Of a stretch of 64,000 bases of DNA, positions 49,149 to 62,469 are shown in pieces. Origin of the DNA: the human T2T-CHM13v2.0 reference genome, Homo sapiens; the NCBI RefSeq assembly GCF_009914755.1, contig NC_060931.1. One strand, written 5' to 3'. A model generated the notes under the pieces. It ran no database searches. It was not told where the DNA came from and saw only the letters and a program-made list of their open reading frames with translations. The position numbers and the translations under genes were made by a program. Numbering within the stretch: position 1 is the stretch's first letter; each line of letters opens with the position of its first letter.

Positions 49149-50718
49149 GTTTGAAGCAATGATCACTGTAGGTAAAAAAAAAAAAATGTGTATTATCATG
49201 TTATAAATCCAACATCAAGTGGTTTCCAATTTTTAAGAAAGAATATATACACATATAATTAAAACCTTGTGTATATTTATATGTGTGTAAATGTCCATGT
49301 ATATGTATAGCTATTAAATTTAAAAATCACCTAATATGCATGCAAAAGGATAATTAAAAGCAACAGAATTTGTCAAATATCCTGGAATATCATAGGATTT
49401 TAAAAACTACGAGAAGTTCCAGAGATCCACTGTGTTTAATTAAAGACTAAAACTCAATTACTGTCAAAAACTTCCAGCTGATGTTCAAGAAAAACTGTTT
49501 AATATCCAGCAGTATCTACTTCTATTATGGAAAATTTAAAACTGGGAATTCAACAAAATAGGAAATGCCAACAAAACCTGGTATTCTTCCCTATGCTTCA
49601 ACATTATTCTGTCAAAGCTAAGGCAAGTGAAGAGGTCAAGATCAGAAGCACAGGCTTTGGAAAGTCACTCAACAGTGGGTCACCGAAGGTCGTGCAGAAT
49701 GCACAGACTATATATATGATAAAGGCTTAGACTGAACTTTTGATCATGATACAGAAGAGTCTAGTCAAATAAAATCATTTGAATAAATGTATGAAAAAGT
49801 GGGTTTGGTTAAAAGGAAATCATGTACATTTAATGTAGAGTTTCGTCTTTTGCAGAAATATGCTTCTAAAGTCGATGGCGAATCTTACATTAGATGGTAT
49901 CTTGGATCAATGTTGTGATTCCAAAATTTGTCCTTCAGTGCTAACTGTGAATCAATCAGTCCAAACTTTATTTGTGGAATGAAGTTTAATATTAAAATAT
50001 ATCGTATTTTCGAATTTAAACATAAAGTTTGAATCATAAATGCCTCATGTCAACAGCGGCCTCATACTTTACTGATAAATATTCCCTCTTTCATTATAAT
50101 TTGGTTGGGTTTTTGAAAGGAATGTAGACAAAGTGTGAGAACTCACATCATCCCTTGGCTTTTATGCTTTAAGATCTAATTTTCAAGGCTTAAATATGTC
50201 TGATGCCGTGACCATATGGCAGTGTTTTCCATGGACAGAAATGATACATCCCCAAGGACAGAAGTCATGCTGCAAAAGAGGATGGTTTTCCTCCTATTGA
50301 AAATTAGTCTATTCAATCAAAATCTCATGAAAACATTGGCTAGTTTTCTGTGTATAGCTCGCACTTCACTTACCAGACTGTTGCCTAAATCTTCCCTATT
50401 CTGGAAGACTGTATATACAGTGCAAGTATTATATGATATAACCAATTTCCAAATGCTTTCTAATTCCCACAGTGGGGAAAGAACAACTGGCAACACAGTG
50501 AATTATTTCAGTTTAATAGTTGATTATCAAGACAAATAACTGGATGTTGTCTGCAGTGACAACCATGACCAGGGTCCAGGGAACCACACTCAGAAAAGGT
50601 CATAATAGATAACCGTTTTCCCAAAAGGAAGAATTATTCTCTGTGAGGATACTAATGTCTCCCTGTTCTGAGTTCTGTTCAGTCTACAGTCCATTCTCTA
50701 CACTCTCCCCAGTGTTAT

Positions 50719-51454
50719 TGAAACTGCCTTTGCAAAATCATGATAGCAAGAGAAGTCCGACAGTGTTGACGCCATCTTACTTCTGACCTCTGAGGTGTCC
50801 TTGGTCATTCCCGGGCATAGGCCAAGCTAACTTTTGAAGGAATTTAGTTTATAGTTTAACTTGAAAGCTAGGACGATACTAGTCTCCCCTTAAAACTAAC
50901 CCTTTCCTTGCTCAGGGACCAAAAACCACCTTTGTTAGACTAATAAAAGTCCACAAGAATAGGATTATGGGAGGAACCTGAACTCTTCTGAGATGTAGGC
51001 ATAGTTTCTCTAATCTCTTACTGCTCTGGAGTCATGTGGCCAGAAGTCACAAGATCTCTGACTTCTCCAATTGCTCCTATAGATAACATCATTATTGTAG
51101 AACCTAAGATTGGTTTTTGAGTACTTTTTCAGATGAATCCCACCAAAACTTGTGACTCATGACTCAACTGGCCCCATGGCTCCACCCAGAGGAAGACTCA
51201 GCACACAAAGGCTGTTTTCCACACCCCTATGATTTTATTCCCAACCAATCAACAGCATCAATTCCCTAGCCCCCTGCCCACCAAACAGTCCATAAAAACC
51301 CTAGCCTCCAAGCTATTAGGGAGGTTGAGTGATAGCTCCAGTTCTCCCACATGGGCTGAACTCATGTCAATTAAACTCTATACTGCAATAGCACCATCTC
51401 AATTGATTAATTTTGTCTACGCAGTGAACAGGAAGAACCCATTGAGTGACCACA
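50719..51454 (+). mobile_element. Solo ERV1 LTR, LTR8A-like
   Basis: Begins tgaaactgcctttgcaaaatcatga; ccaagctaacttttgaaggaatttagtttatagtttaa; ends gaacccattgagtgaccaca (TG...CA). Confidence 0.82.
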
Positions 51455-52012
51455 CTACAAGTTTAAAATTTTTTTCTGGTGAGGGAAAGAGAAATAAAAC
51501 ATGGCTTGTCTGATTAGTACTAAGTAGTACTTCAACTTCATGATCATTAGTATTCAAAAGACTTCAACACTGCCTGGGAATCTCACTAGATTTCTTAGCC
51601 ATCTGGCTCTCTCTCACTGGGCTCAACAAATAGTGCCCCTCTTCTACCTCCTACTAAATCTCAGTTTCCATTTGCCTTTTGCCTCAGCTGATGATCTTAC
51701 CCTATATTTTACCAGGGAAAATAGAAGTCATACACCATAGCCCCTACTTTTATTCCACAACTGAATTTTCAAGGTCTTTTACTCACCCCCTCCCTCTCTG
51801 TCTCTAGAGCTGAAGTAGAGAGAAAGTGTTACATTAAGGGTCAATCCCACTGCACTCTGGTCATCATCCCTCCACATGCCCAGGGGCCTCTATTCACAAG
51901 TTATTATGTCTTACTGCTTTCTTAACCTCTTCTTCCCTGCCAACACTTAACCTATCTGCATTCAAATGCAGATTGGTTTACTTTAGGATTAAAGGAAGAA
52001 GTGACTTCAGGG

Positions 52013-52110
52013 TGGAAGAGAGAGAAGAAGAAAAGGAAGAGAGAAGGAGGGAAAGAAGGAAGGAAGGAAGGAAGGAAAGAAGGAAGGAAGGAAGAAAGGA
52101 AGGAAGGAAG
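52013..52110. repeat. Pure purine tract / imperfect (GGAA)n
   Basis: About 97 bp containing only A and G. Confidence 0.92.
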
Positions 52111-52399
52111 TTCCTTTGATACCCTGATCCTTCTTCAGCTACCACCGTATCTTTCTACTTTTCTTTTCAGCCAAAGGTCTCAAAAAAGTTACCTAAAAGA
52201 CTATCTCCACTCACTAACCCATCTTCCTTCATCCTTCATCCCTCTGTAATTTCCTCCCTCTCTCAGCATTGAAACTTCCATTTCAAAGGCTACAAATTGT
52301 GTCCATGTTGCCAAACCAAGAGAGGCTTATCAGTTCTTCCTCACAATGGCCTCTCAGCTGTGTGATACCACCCACATGCTTAAGAGAAGGCATTCTGCA

Positions 52400-52590
52400 G
52401 GCTTAGGTTAAGTCTGAATCCAAGGCTCACCACACACTGGATTTATCTATAAACTTTTAAACCTCCTCATCAATAAAATGAGGATAGCAATTATTTTCCT
52501 CCATTGGCTTTTTGTAGTGATTAAATTATATAATCCATGTAAAGTGCTTAATCTTGTACTTGGCACATAGCAAAGATTCTACAGTTGTCA
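52400..52590 (+). mobile_element. MIR
   Basis: cctcatcaataaaatgaggatagc...gtaaagtgctt...tggcacatag. Confidence 0.7.
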
Positions 52591-52879
52591 GTTTTTATAG
52601 CTGGTAATACTCTTGGTGTTATTCTTCTGTAATTGTTCTCTCATGTTGCATTTCATTAAACAACACTCTCCAGAGGAAGAGAGATGGTTGTCCCATTTCC
52701 TGCATACAGTGGCCAGGGCTGGTGCTATATTTACTTTGAGCCATCATGATTTTGCCCAGGGGTGGCAGCAATGCTGTCTTTCTCAGATGACTTTTAGGGG
52801 GTGATTCTAGGGCCTTGTTCCCAGTGGGTAATGCTGGAAGGTCTGCAAACTTCATAGTATCTTTTAATAAATCTCCTTT

Positions 52880-52997
52880 AGGAGCCAAGCACAGTGGTGC
52901 ATGCTTGCAGTCCCAGCTACTCAGGAAGTGAGGTGGGAAGATTGCTTGAGCCCCACAGCTTAAGGCCAGCCTATGCAACACAGCAAGACCCCCCTAA
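52880..52997 (+). mobile_element. FLAM_A-like monomer
   Basis: cacagtggtgcatgcttgcagtcccagctactcagg...gccagcctatgcaacacagcaagacc. Confidence 0.8.
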
Positions 52998-53055
52998 ATC
53001 AACAAATGTATAAGCACATTTATTGTGAAGGATTTAGGGGGATCTTGCTCTCTAC

Positions 53056-53153
53056 ATAAATAGATGGATAGATAGATAGATAGATAGATATAGATATAGA
53101 TATAGATAGATATAAATAGATATATAAATATATCTATTTATATATCTATATAT
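53056..53153. repeat. (TAGA)n / (TA)-rich microsatellite with local palindrome
   Basis: gatagataga...tagatatataaatatatctatttatatatcta. Confidence 0.88.
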
Positions 53154-53199
53154 CTTACGAGTTGAATTTGCCATATTTGGCTTTTATTGCTTGCAATGA

Positions 53200-54215
53200 A
53201 AAATTCTAGTCAAATATCTAACTCAGCCTATTCCCTTCTTCAAATTTCAGATTCATATATTCAACTATGCCCCTGACATTCCAACTCAGATATTTCATAG
53301 CCATCACAAATTAAAAAATGCAGAAATGAACTATCAAGCTCTCTCTCCTCCATTCCAAACCACTTGCCTCTTAGCATATGGAAACACCATCCAGAGTTGC
53401 TTACATGAAGAATCTGAAGCCATCATTGAAAGCTCTCTCTTTATACATTTTCCAAGTGGTCAGTTTTGCCTCAAAATACACTTCAAATTTGTCCACTCAT
53501 TTCTCTCTGCATTTGTTACCACCCTAAGTTGAATCACCATTATCTCACAAATGCACCGAAACATCTGCTTGTAAAATGTCTCACCCTTTTCCCATGTTGT
53601 TCTCCTCCAATGCATTTTCTTCATAGCAAACTAAATTTCTAGAAACAAAATCATGTAATTACCTTAATCAAAATTCTTCAATGGTGTGCCATTGTACATT
53701 GGAAGAAATCCAAAGTTTTTACTATCACTTCCAAAACAATGAACAATTTAGATTCTGGCTAGCTCCTTAGCTGCATCATATGTGCCATCTCACATTCAAT
53801 TCTCCAGGATCCTACCTCATTTCACCTCCTTAAAACCGATAGGCTTTTCTGTTTTGGGACCTTTGCACAAGCTGTTTACTCTGCCAGGAAGGTGCTGCCC
53901 ACCTGATCTGACCTCATTGCAAACTTCAGAGAGACTTTTTTATCCTGTCAGTGTCACCAAAGAGTCCTTATTACACTCTCTCAAGCCATCCCCTATATAC
54001 CTATCATAGTTCACAGAAATCACTGATTTTTAATGTGATTATTATCTATCCTCCCTATCTGTCTGATTTTCATTAAAATTGTCATTTTAGTAAAAATTTT
54101 CTGATTTTCATAAGAAATGACAATTGTTCTATTTTATCTATCTCTAGTATTTTATGCCTAATGTAGTGCCAGGTACACAGAGCTGCTGTTCAAAAATATC
54201 TGTTCAATGTTTGAA
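53200..54215 (+). mobile_element. L2 3' region relic
   Basis: aaattcttcaatggtgtgccattg...aaatccaaagttttt; ctttgcacaagctgtttactctgcc; tagtgccaggtacacag...aaatatctgttcaatg. Confidence 0.6.
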
Positions 54216-54900
54216 TTAATTATTTTCAATCACAACACCCATGATTCCTCTGTGGTCTGTAGTAGTTTTCTTTGTGCAGTGTCTGTCACAGCTCTAAAGA
54301 GAAGGGTAAGAACAATAGAACTGTCTAACAGGACAGATTCATTAGCTGAGATTCAAAACCAAAAGGCAAATCTGGCTAATTTCTCAGATGACTGGATGCA
54401 TTTATGCTTTTGGATCAGGGATGACATTTGCTGATAGATACCAACAAGTTGCATATCTAGAAACTCCATTATCTGAAACATACACACAAACTCAAACAGA
54501 AAAATTTACTATGATTTAAATATCTTTAAATGAACAAATGCTGAACAACGACACTGATATTAAGACCTATTTATTAGAGCAATATAATCCTTAGATGAAG
54601 AATATAGGGAAACACCATATTCCCACCATATTTACTGGAGTAGTTATCTTTACTTCTGTGGCATCTCTACAGTGATGATATAATTTGGAGACTTCATTTG
54701 CCAGTCATTTACGAAATGGCTGTGAGAAGACAGTCTCATGATCATAGACTCACTTTTAGAAGCTATGTTAGCTTGGTGCATTTCTTAGTCAAGTACATCA
54801 CACTATCTTAATCTATGTCTAAAAAATGTGGATCCCAAATGTGAATTATCTATTGTAAATATGATAACAGAGACAAAGGAGGGAGATCCACTTAAGAGGG

Positions 54901-57900
54901 TATGATGGTTAATACTGAGTGTCAACTTGATTGGATTGAAGGATGCAAGGTATTGACTCTGGGTGGGTCTGTGAGGGTGTTGCCAAAGGAGATTAACATT
55001 GAATCAGTGGGCTGTGAAAGGCAGACCCACCCTTAATATGGGTGGCCACCATCTAATCAGCTGCCAGCACAGCCAGAATATAAAGCAGGCAGAAAAACAT
55101 GAAAAGACTAGACTGGCTTAGCCTCCCAGCCTACATCTTTCTCCCATGCTGGATGCTTCCTGTCCTCAAATATCAGACTCCAAGTTCTTCAGCTTTGGGA
55201 CTCAGACTGGCTTCCTTGCTTCTCAGCTTGCAGAGAGCCTGTTGAGGGACATTGTGATTGTGTGAGTTAATACTCTTTAATAAACTGTCTTTTATATATA
55301 TATCTATCCTATTAGTTCTGTCCCTCCAGAGAACCTTGACTAATACAGATTTTGGTACCTGGAGTGGAGTCAGTAGAGACATTCCTTCTAAGGTGAAGGA
55401 TAAGTTGCTGCATTTGGCCCCTCCTACAACCAAGAAAAAGGCACAGCGCCTAATGGGCCTATTTGATTTGGAGGCAATACATTCCTCAGTTGGATGTGTT
55501 ACTTTGGCCCATTTATCGAGTGACCCAAAAGGCTGCCAGTTTTGAGTGGTGTCCAGAACAGGAGAAGGCTCTGCAACAGGTACAGGCTGCTGTGCAAGCT
55601 GCTCTGCCACTTGGGCCATATGACCCAGGAGATCCAATGGTGCCTGAGGTATCAGGAGAAGATACAGATTGTATTTGGAGCTTTTGGCAGGCTCCCACAG
55701 GTGAATCACAGCAGAGGCCTCTAGGATTTTGGAACAAGGCTCTGCCATCTCCTGCAGATAACTACTCTCCTTTTGAGAGATAGCTCTTGTCCCGTTACTG
55801 GGCTTTGGTGGAAACTGAATATTTGACTATGGGTCATCAAGTCACCACGTCTGCCTATCACTTGAACTGCCTATCATGAACTGGGTGCTTTCTGACCCAC
55901 CTACTCACAAAGTGGGTCATGTCCACAGCATTCCACCATCAAATGGAAGTAGTATATATGTGATTGGGTTTGAGCAGGTCCTGAAGTTATATGAGGAAAT
56001 GGCTCAAATGCCCATGGTCCCCAGTCCTGCCACCCTGCCTTCTCTCACCCAGCCTGCACCAATGGCCTCATGGGGAGTTCCCTATAATCAGTTGACAGAG
56101 GAAGAGAAGACCAGGGCCTCGTTCACAGATGGTTCTGCACAATATGCAGGCACCACCCAAAAGAGGACAGCTGTAGCATTATAGCCCCTTTCTAGGATAT
56201 CCCTGAAGGACAGCAGTGAAGGGAAATCTTCCCCTGTGGGCAGAACTTCAAGCAGTGCATCTGGATGTGCACTTTGCATGGAAGGAGAAATGGCAAGATG
56301 TGTGATTATATACTGATTGATGGGCTGTAGCCAGTGGTTTGGCTGGATGGTCAGGGACTTGGAAGAAGCATGATTGGAAAATTGGCAACAAAGAAATTTG
56401 GGGAAGAGTTATGTGAATAGACCTCTCTGAGTGGTCAAAAACTCTGAAGATATTTGTATACCAAGTGAGCGCTCACCAACAGGTGACTTCAGCAGAGGAG
56501 GATTTTAATAATCAAGTAGACAGGATAACCCATTCAATGGATACCACTCAGCCTCTTTCCCCAGCCACCCCCGTCATCACCCAATGGGCCCATAAACAAA
56601 GTGGCCATTGTGGCAGGGATGGAGGTTACGCATGGGCTCAGCAACATGGACTTCCACTCACCAAGGCTGACCTAGCTACAGCCACTGCTGAGTGCCCAAT
56701 TTGCCAGAAGCAGAGACTGATGCTGAGCCCTCAATATGGCACCATTCCTTGAGGTGATCAGCCATCTACCTGGTGGCAGGTTGATTATATTGGACCTGTT
56801 CCATCACGGAAAGGGCAGAGGTTTGTCCTCACTGGAATAGACATGTACTCCAGATATGAGTTTGCCTGTCCTGCACACAATGCTTCTGCCAAGACTACCA
56901 TCCATGGACTCACAGAATGCCTGGTCCACTGTCATGGTATCCCACACAGCATTGCCTCTGACCAAGGCACTCACTTTGTGGCCAAAGAAGTGTGGCAGTG
57001 GGCTCATGCTCATGGAATTCACTGGTCTTACCATGTTCCCCATCATCCTGAAGCAGCTGGATTGACAGAATGGCAGAATGGCCTTTTGAAGTCACAATTA
57101 AAATGCCAACTAGGTGACAATACTTTGCAGGGCTGGGGCAAAGTCCTCTGGAAGGCTGTGTATGCTCTGAATCGGCGTCCTATATATGGTACTGTTTCTC
57201 CCATAGCCAAGATTCACTGGTCCAGGAATCAAGGGGTGGAAGTTGAAGTGGCAGCACTCACCATCACCCTTAGTGATCCACCAGCAAAATTTTTGCTTCC
57301 TGGTACCGCGACATTATGTTCTGCTCGCCTAGAGGTCTTAGTTCCAGAGGGAGGAATGCTGCCACCAGGAAACACAACAATAGTTCCATTAAACTGGATG
57401 TTAAGATTGCCACCTGGACACTTTGGGCTCCTCCTACCTTTAAGTCAACAGGCTAAGAAGGGAGTTACAGTGTTAGCTGGGGTGACTGACCCAGACTATC
57501 AAGATGAAATCAGTCTACTGCTCCACAATGAAGGTAAAGAAGAGTATGCATGGAATACAGTAGATCAATTGCGGCGTCTCTTAGTATTACCATGCCCTGT
57601 GATTCAGGTCAATGGGAAACTACAACAGCCCAATCCAGGCAGGACTACAAATGGCCAAGACCCTTCAGGAATGAAGGTTTGGGTGACTCCACCAGGAAAA
57701 AACCATGACCTGCTGGGGTGCTTGCTGAAGGCAAAGGGAATACAGAATGGGTAGAAGGTAGTCATCAATACCAGCTACGACCATGTGACCAGTTGCAGAA
57801 ACGAGGACTGTAATTGTCATGAGTATTTCCTCCTTCTTTTGGTAAAACCATGTTTGTGTATGTATACACCTGTACTAAGGAAATATGTTCATTTTATTTC

Positions 57901-58595
57901 CTTTTTCTTTTAACATGTGACATCAGATTTACTTCATATTAGCGTTTAAGTATCGTTAGCTTTATGTAATAGCATTTGGGTTAGGGATTGGTGCATTTCT
58001 GGTTGTACGAAGGATAGCTGCATTATGTTACGTGTAATTATGACCTTATTATTGTCTTTATTTGAAGATAATGTGTGATCTCAGATGCGTATGGGTTCAA
58101 GTCGACAAGGGGTAGACTTACAATGATTAATACTGAGTGTCAACTTGATTGGATTGAAGGATGCAACATATTGATACTGGGTGTGTCTGTGAGGGTGTTG
58201 CCAAAGGAGACTAACATTTGAGTAAGTGGACTGGGAAAGGCAGACCTACCTTCATCTGGGTGACAAAGAGGGTGACAAAGAAATCATCTGGTGGGCACCA
58301 TCTAATCAGCTGCCAGCATGGCCAGAATATAAAGCAGGCAGAAAAATGTGAAAAGACTAGACTGGCTTAGCCTCCAATCCTACATCTTTCTCCCATGCTG
58401 GATGCTTCCTGCCCTCGAACATGAGACTCCAAGTTCTTCAGCTTTGGGGCTCAAACTGGCTTCCTTGCTTCTCAGCTTGCAGACAGCCTATTGTGGGACC
58501 TTTGATTGTGTGAGTTAATTCCTTAATAAACTCCCCTTTATATATGTATATATATCCTATTAGTTACATCACTCTAAAGAACCCTGACCAATACA
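54901..58595 (+). mobile_element. Internally deleted HERV-L provirus: MLT2A 5' LTR 54901-55347, internal 55348-58118, 3' LTR 58119-58595
   Basis: Two homologous LTRs (..atg(g/a)ttaatactgagtgtcaacttgattggattgaagg...taataca); purine tract gacaaggggtagact before the 3' LTR; TSD gaggg/gaagg (4 of 5). Confidence 0.93.
55368..57813 (+). pseudogene. HERV-L pol remnant: RT C-terminus/connection, RNase H, integrase, dUTPase
   Basis: DIPSKVKDKLLHLAPPTTKKKAQRL; FTDGSAQY (RNase H); H-x4-GH...CPIC zinc finger; SIASDQGTHF and AAGLTE (integrase core); LAGVTDPDYQDEI (dUTPase motif 3); multiple stops and frameshifts upstream. Confidence 0.9.
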
Positions 58596-58855
58596 GAAGG
58601 CTTACACTCTTTATTCTAACAGGCTTAAGGCTAACTCTATATGTCTCCTTCCCAATGTCAGGAATCTCTGTAGCTTAGAGGAACAGTTTTCCTCAGTGAC
58701 ATATGTAACTCAGTGATTAGTCACAGGAACACTGACCTCATCACAATAAAATAGGGATCTCCCTATTTTAAGATCCCCCTAAGGAATAAAGAGCTATGCA
58801 CTTTAGGGAAAACTCTATAAAATGTGTGAGAATCAAAAGAGTTCAAAAATGGCCA

Positions 58856-59076
58856 AAACCAGCCAGGCAAGATAGTGAGAATACACGTCTACAGAAACAT
58901 TTTTTAAATAGCAAGGTGTGTTGGTACATGCCTGTAGTCCCAACTATTAGGGAGGTTGAGGTGGAGGATCACTTGATCCCAGGAGTTTGAGGCTGCAGTG
59001 AGCTACGATTGCCACTGCACTCCATCCTGGGTGACAGAGTGAGATCCTGTCTCCAAAAAAAAAAAAAAAAAAAAAA
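58856..59076 (+). mobile_element. 5'-truncated AluJ
   Basis: gcctgtagtcccaactatt...ccaggagtttgaggctgcagtgagc...poly-A. Confidence 0.85.
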
Positions 59077-61128
59077 GCAAGGAGAGGGTGATCCTTACTA
59101 AAACAGGCAATTCAATATTCAATTAGGGGGATTCATTCAAACCATTTATTTCACAGAAATGGCCAAATAAGTGGCCTTGTTAATAAGAAGATAAAACCCT
59201 TTCCTTTTTGCATTAAAATAACTGATTTTGTCTCAAATTATATTAAATAAGGTAACTACAACAGAAATAAGAAGAAAATTACATTGATTGTATAGACAAG
59301 AATTAGTTTCTGAAAGCACATAAACCTTTACAGAAAATACACTTACTTTATCAAAGTGGTTCAGTTTTCAGCTGCTTCTATGGCTTACAACAAAAAAGGG
59401 ATTCTGTTACATATGGAGACTTCAAAAATCACAAAGCTCAAATAAAAATAATAGTCCAGGGCAATTAATCTGGAACAAGAATATCCATGAATACTCTGGG
59501 TATTTGTTTTAATGCACTTCAGTTCAATAGTGTTGTTTTCTTTCTCATCAAAGAGCAAACTATATTTCTATTTATCATCCTCAGAAGTAGTAACAGAGCC
59601 TATCCTGGTAATATGCATTGTGGGGAAGAAGAGGATACAATTGAACACAAGGCTATTTCAAATAATAGAAAAGATACCTTTAATAATTGGCAGGAGATCT
59701 TATAACACAAACTATAAACAACTGCTGGATTTGAAAGTCACAAAAGCATAGTCCTAGAGTCCATATCGTGGGATCATAAGACAGTTACAGCTTTCCCTAG
59801 AGTCAAGAGGAAATGTCATCCATTAGAATTCAAGTGAACTCTCTATATACCCATTTATAGAAATAACTAGACCCCTAAGCAGATTCAGGTACATTCTTCT
59901 TATTCTTCTACATCTGGCCCTGAATTAGGTGAGGTGATAAGTGTGATTTTTCAGACCAACTCATGGTCTTTCTGGCTTATGGTTATACTGATCGCCCCTG
60001 GTGACTTGTGTGTGAACAAACCTCAGAGCATTCAAATCCCTGGGTTCTGCTCTGGCTCTGCTAGTATCCTGCTCTGCAAACTTAACCTCTCTGGGCTTTC
60101 ATTTCTTTATCTTCAAATTGAAGAAAAATGTGATACTTTATCCTTAAGGTCAACCTCTAGTTCCAAATTCTTAATCAGAAAAATTATGGCAGGCTTATGG
60201 TCTACAGAATTAAAATCAAAGAGCCTTGCTGAGGTAAGCGACAACATTTGCAAAGGACAATGTAAGGTTCATTTTCTTCTAGCCCGAATGAATTGTACCC
60301 AGTATTTATGTGGACTTGAAAACTATAAGTGTTTTTAATAAATTAAATCTAAAATGAAGGCATTTAAAATTATTAGCGGCTTATCAGCATGAAACACAAA
60401 GAACACTGAAGTGGGAGATTTTTCCAGTGAAACTCATCATTAAACTTTCAATAACAATGTCATCATTTCTTTTCCCTTCTGTGATCACACCATCTCCCAG
60501 GCACAATTTTAGGTTTAACAGTCTTAAAACCAGGTAAGACTAGGGAAGCTGAGCAGGCAAATCAAATGATTAAGTTTTAAAAAGTTTTATAGGTATTTAA
60601 GCCTTGGGAAAGCTTAATTAATGAAGAATTTAAAACAGGAGTGAAAATTAAAGCAGTAGGAAATGTTCAAGAAAAAAATTACTATGCCATTGAAAAAATT
60701 CAGGAAGAGCCACAGGGAACTAATGCAAATAATCATTGACTGGAGGAAATGTCTCTGGCAAATGCAAGAAGTGACCCAAAGAAACAGAACTGAGAAAATT
60801 TGGCCAGAAAAGTAAAAAAAGAACATACATAAAATGGATGGTACAACATTGCTTTTATTTTTCAGGAAGAAAATGTGATTGATTCTGCGTAAAGGTGCTT
60901 TTCATAACTTTTATATTGTCATAAAGACAATAATAATATCCTTAGCTCTTCATATTCCTTTGCCAGTCTATCATTCACTCATGTTTTCAATGTAATATTC
61001 AGAACCCACTGTATCAGATCATCTGGTTGAGTTCCATACCACCATCTTCTCTATCCACTTATCCTATGAGATCCCAGTTGCATCCCATAATCTTTTTAAA
61101 TATAATGGAAAATTTAAAACATTTCATC

Positions 61129-61316
61129 TGATATAGTTTGACTCTGTATCCCCACCTAAATCTCATCTCGAATTATCATCCCCATGTGTTGAGGGAGAGA
61201 TCTGATGGGAGGTGATTGCATTATGGTCTTTCTCTCTCTCTCTCTCTCTCTCTCTGTTGCTGTCTCTCTCTCTCAGTCTCAGTATCTTTATAGCAGTGTT
61301 AAAACGGACTAATAAA
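61129..61316 (+). mobile_element. MaLR (MST/THE1-type) solo LTR with central deletion and (CT)n; perfect 5-bp TSD
   Basis: Starts tgatatagtttgactctgtatccccacctaaatctcatctcgaatt, ends tatctttatagcagtgttaaaacggactaata; TSD tcatc at 61124-61128 and 61317-61321. Confidence 0.85.
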
Positions 61317-62144
61317 TCATCCTTCTTGGTCTCAACTACTGGTCATTCATCTTAAACCATGCTTATCTCTGATGGATACTATCTAGAAATAAACACATGA
61401 GATGACATTTTCTTGGATATCTCATTACAAACATATTAGGCATCTGAATCAGTATTATTGTTTTAATTTATCAAATAATGTCCAAAATTATGATGGAAAC
61501 AAAATAGCTGGTCCAAATCTAAAGAAGATATTTTACTTGCTTAATCACAAGGATTATTTAAAACATCCACATGTGATTTAACTGACTCCCAAGGTAGATA
61601 CATTTCCAAAGCATGACACAAGGGAAAAATATAGCATTAAAATCACATTTCAGGGTACCTATATTTATAGAAACACACAGAAAATGGGCTAATCTTTGCA
61701 CTTTCTCCTATTGAGAGAAATAGATATTCTACTCAACCCTTTCTTCATAGCTGGTAATGTAACATAAATAATAAAATTTATCTTAAATTGCCTACCAATC
61801 ATCAAATTCAGGGAACTGTCCACTGAACTTTTAGTATTGGCTTTCCATTTGTTGGGGAGGGGAAGAGTGGGGTTACAAATTATAGACTAGAAATAATAAC
61901 AATAAAATAATTCCAAGGGGCATTAAATGCCAGAGTTCTGGGGATTTGGAGATTGGGGTAAGATAACTAGAGTAACTTGCTGACTGTGCCCCACACATCC
62001 TTTCCTTCTGGTAGTCAAAACAGTGAGAAATGTGAAGGAGGGGCTTAGGCAAAAGCCAGCCTTGACGGCCTGGGGCATCTTATTGGCATTTGAATTGGTG
62101 AGAGAGCTAACAGTTTCCACTCCTCCTCATGTTATTTTGGAAGC

Positions 62145-62469
<325 letters not shown>

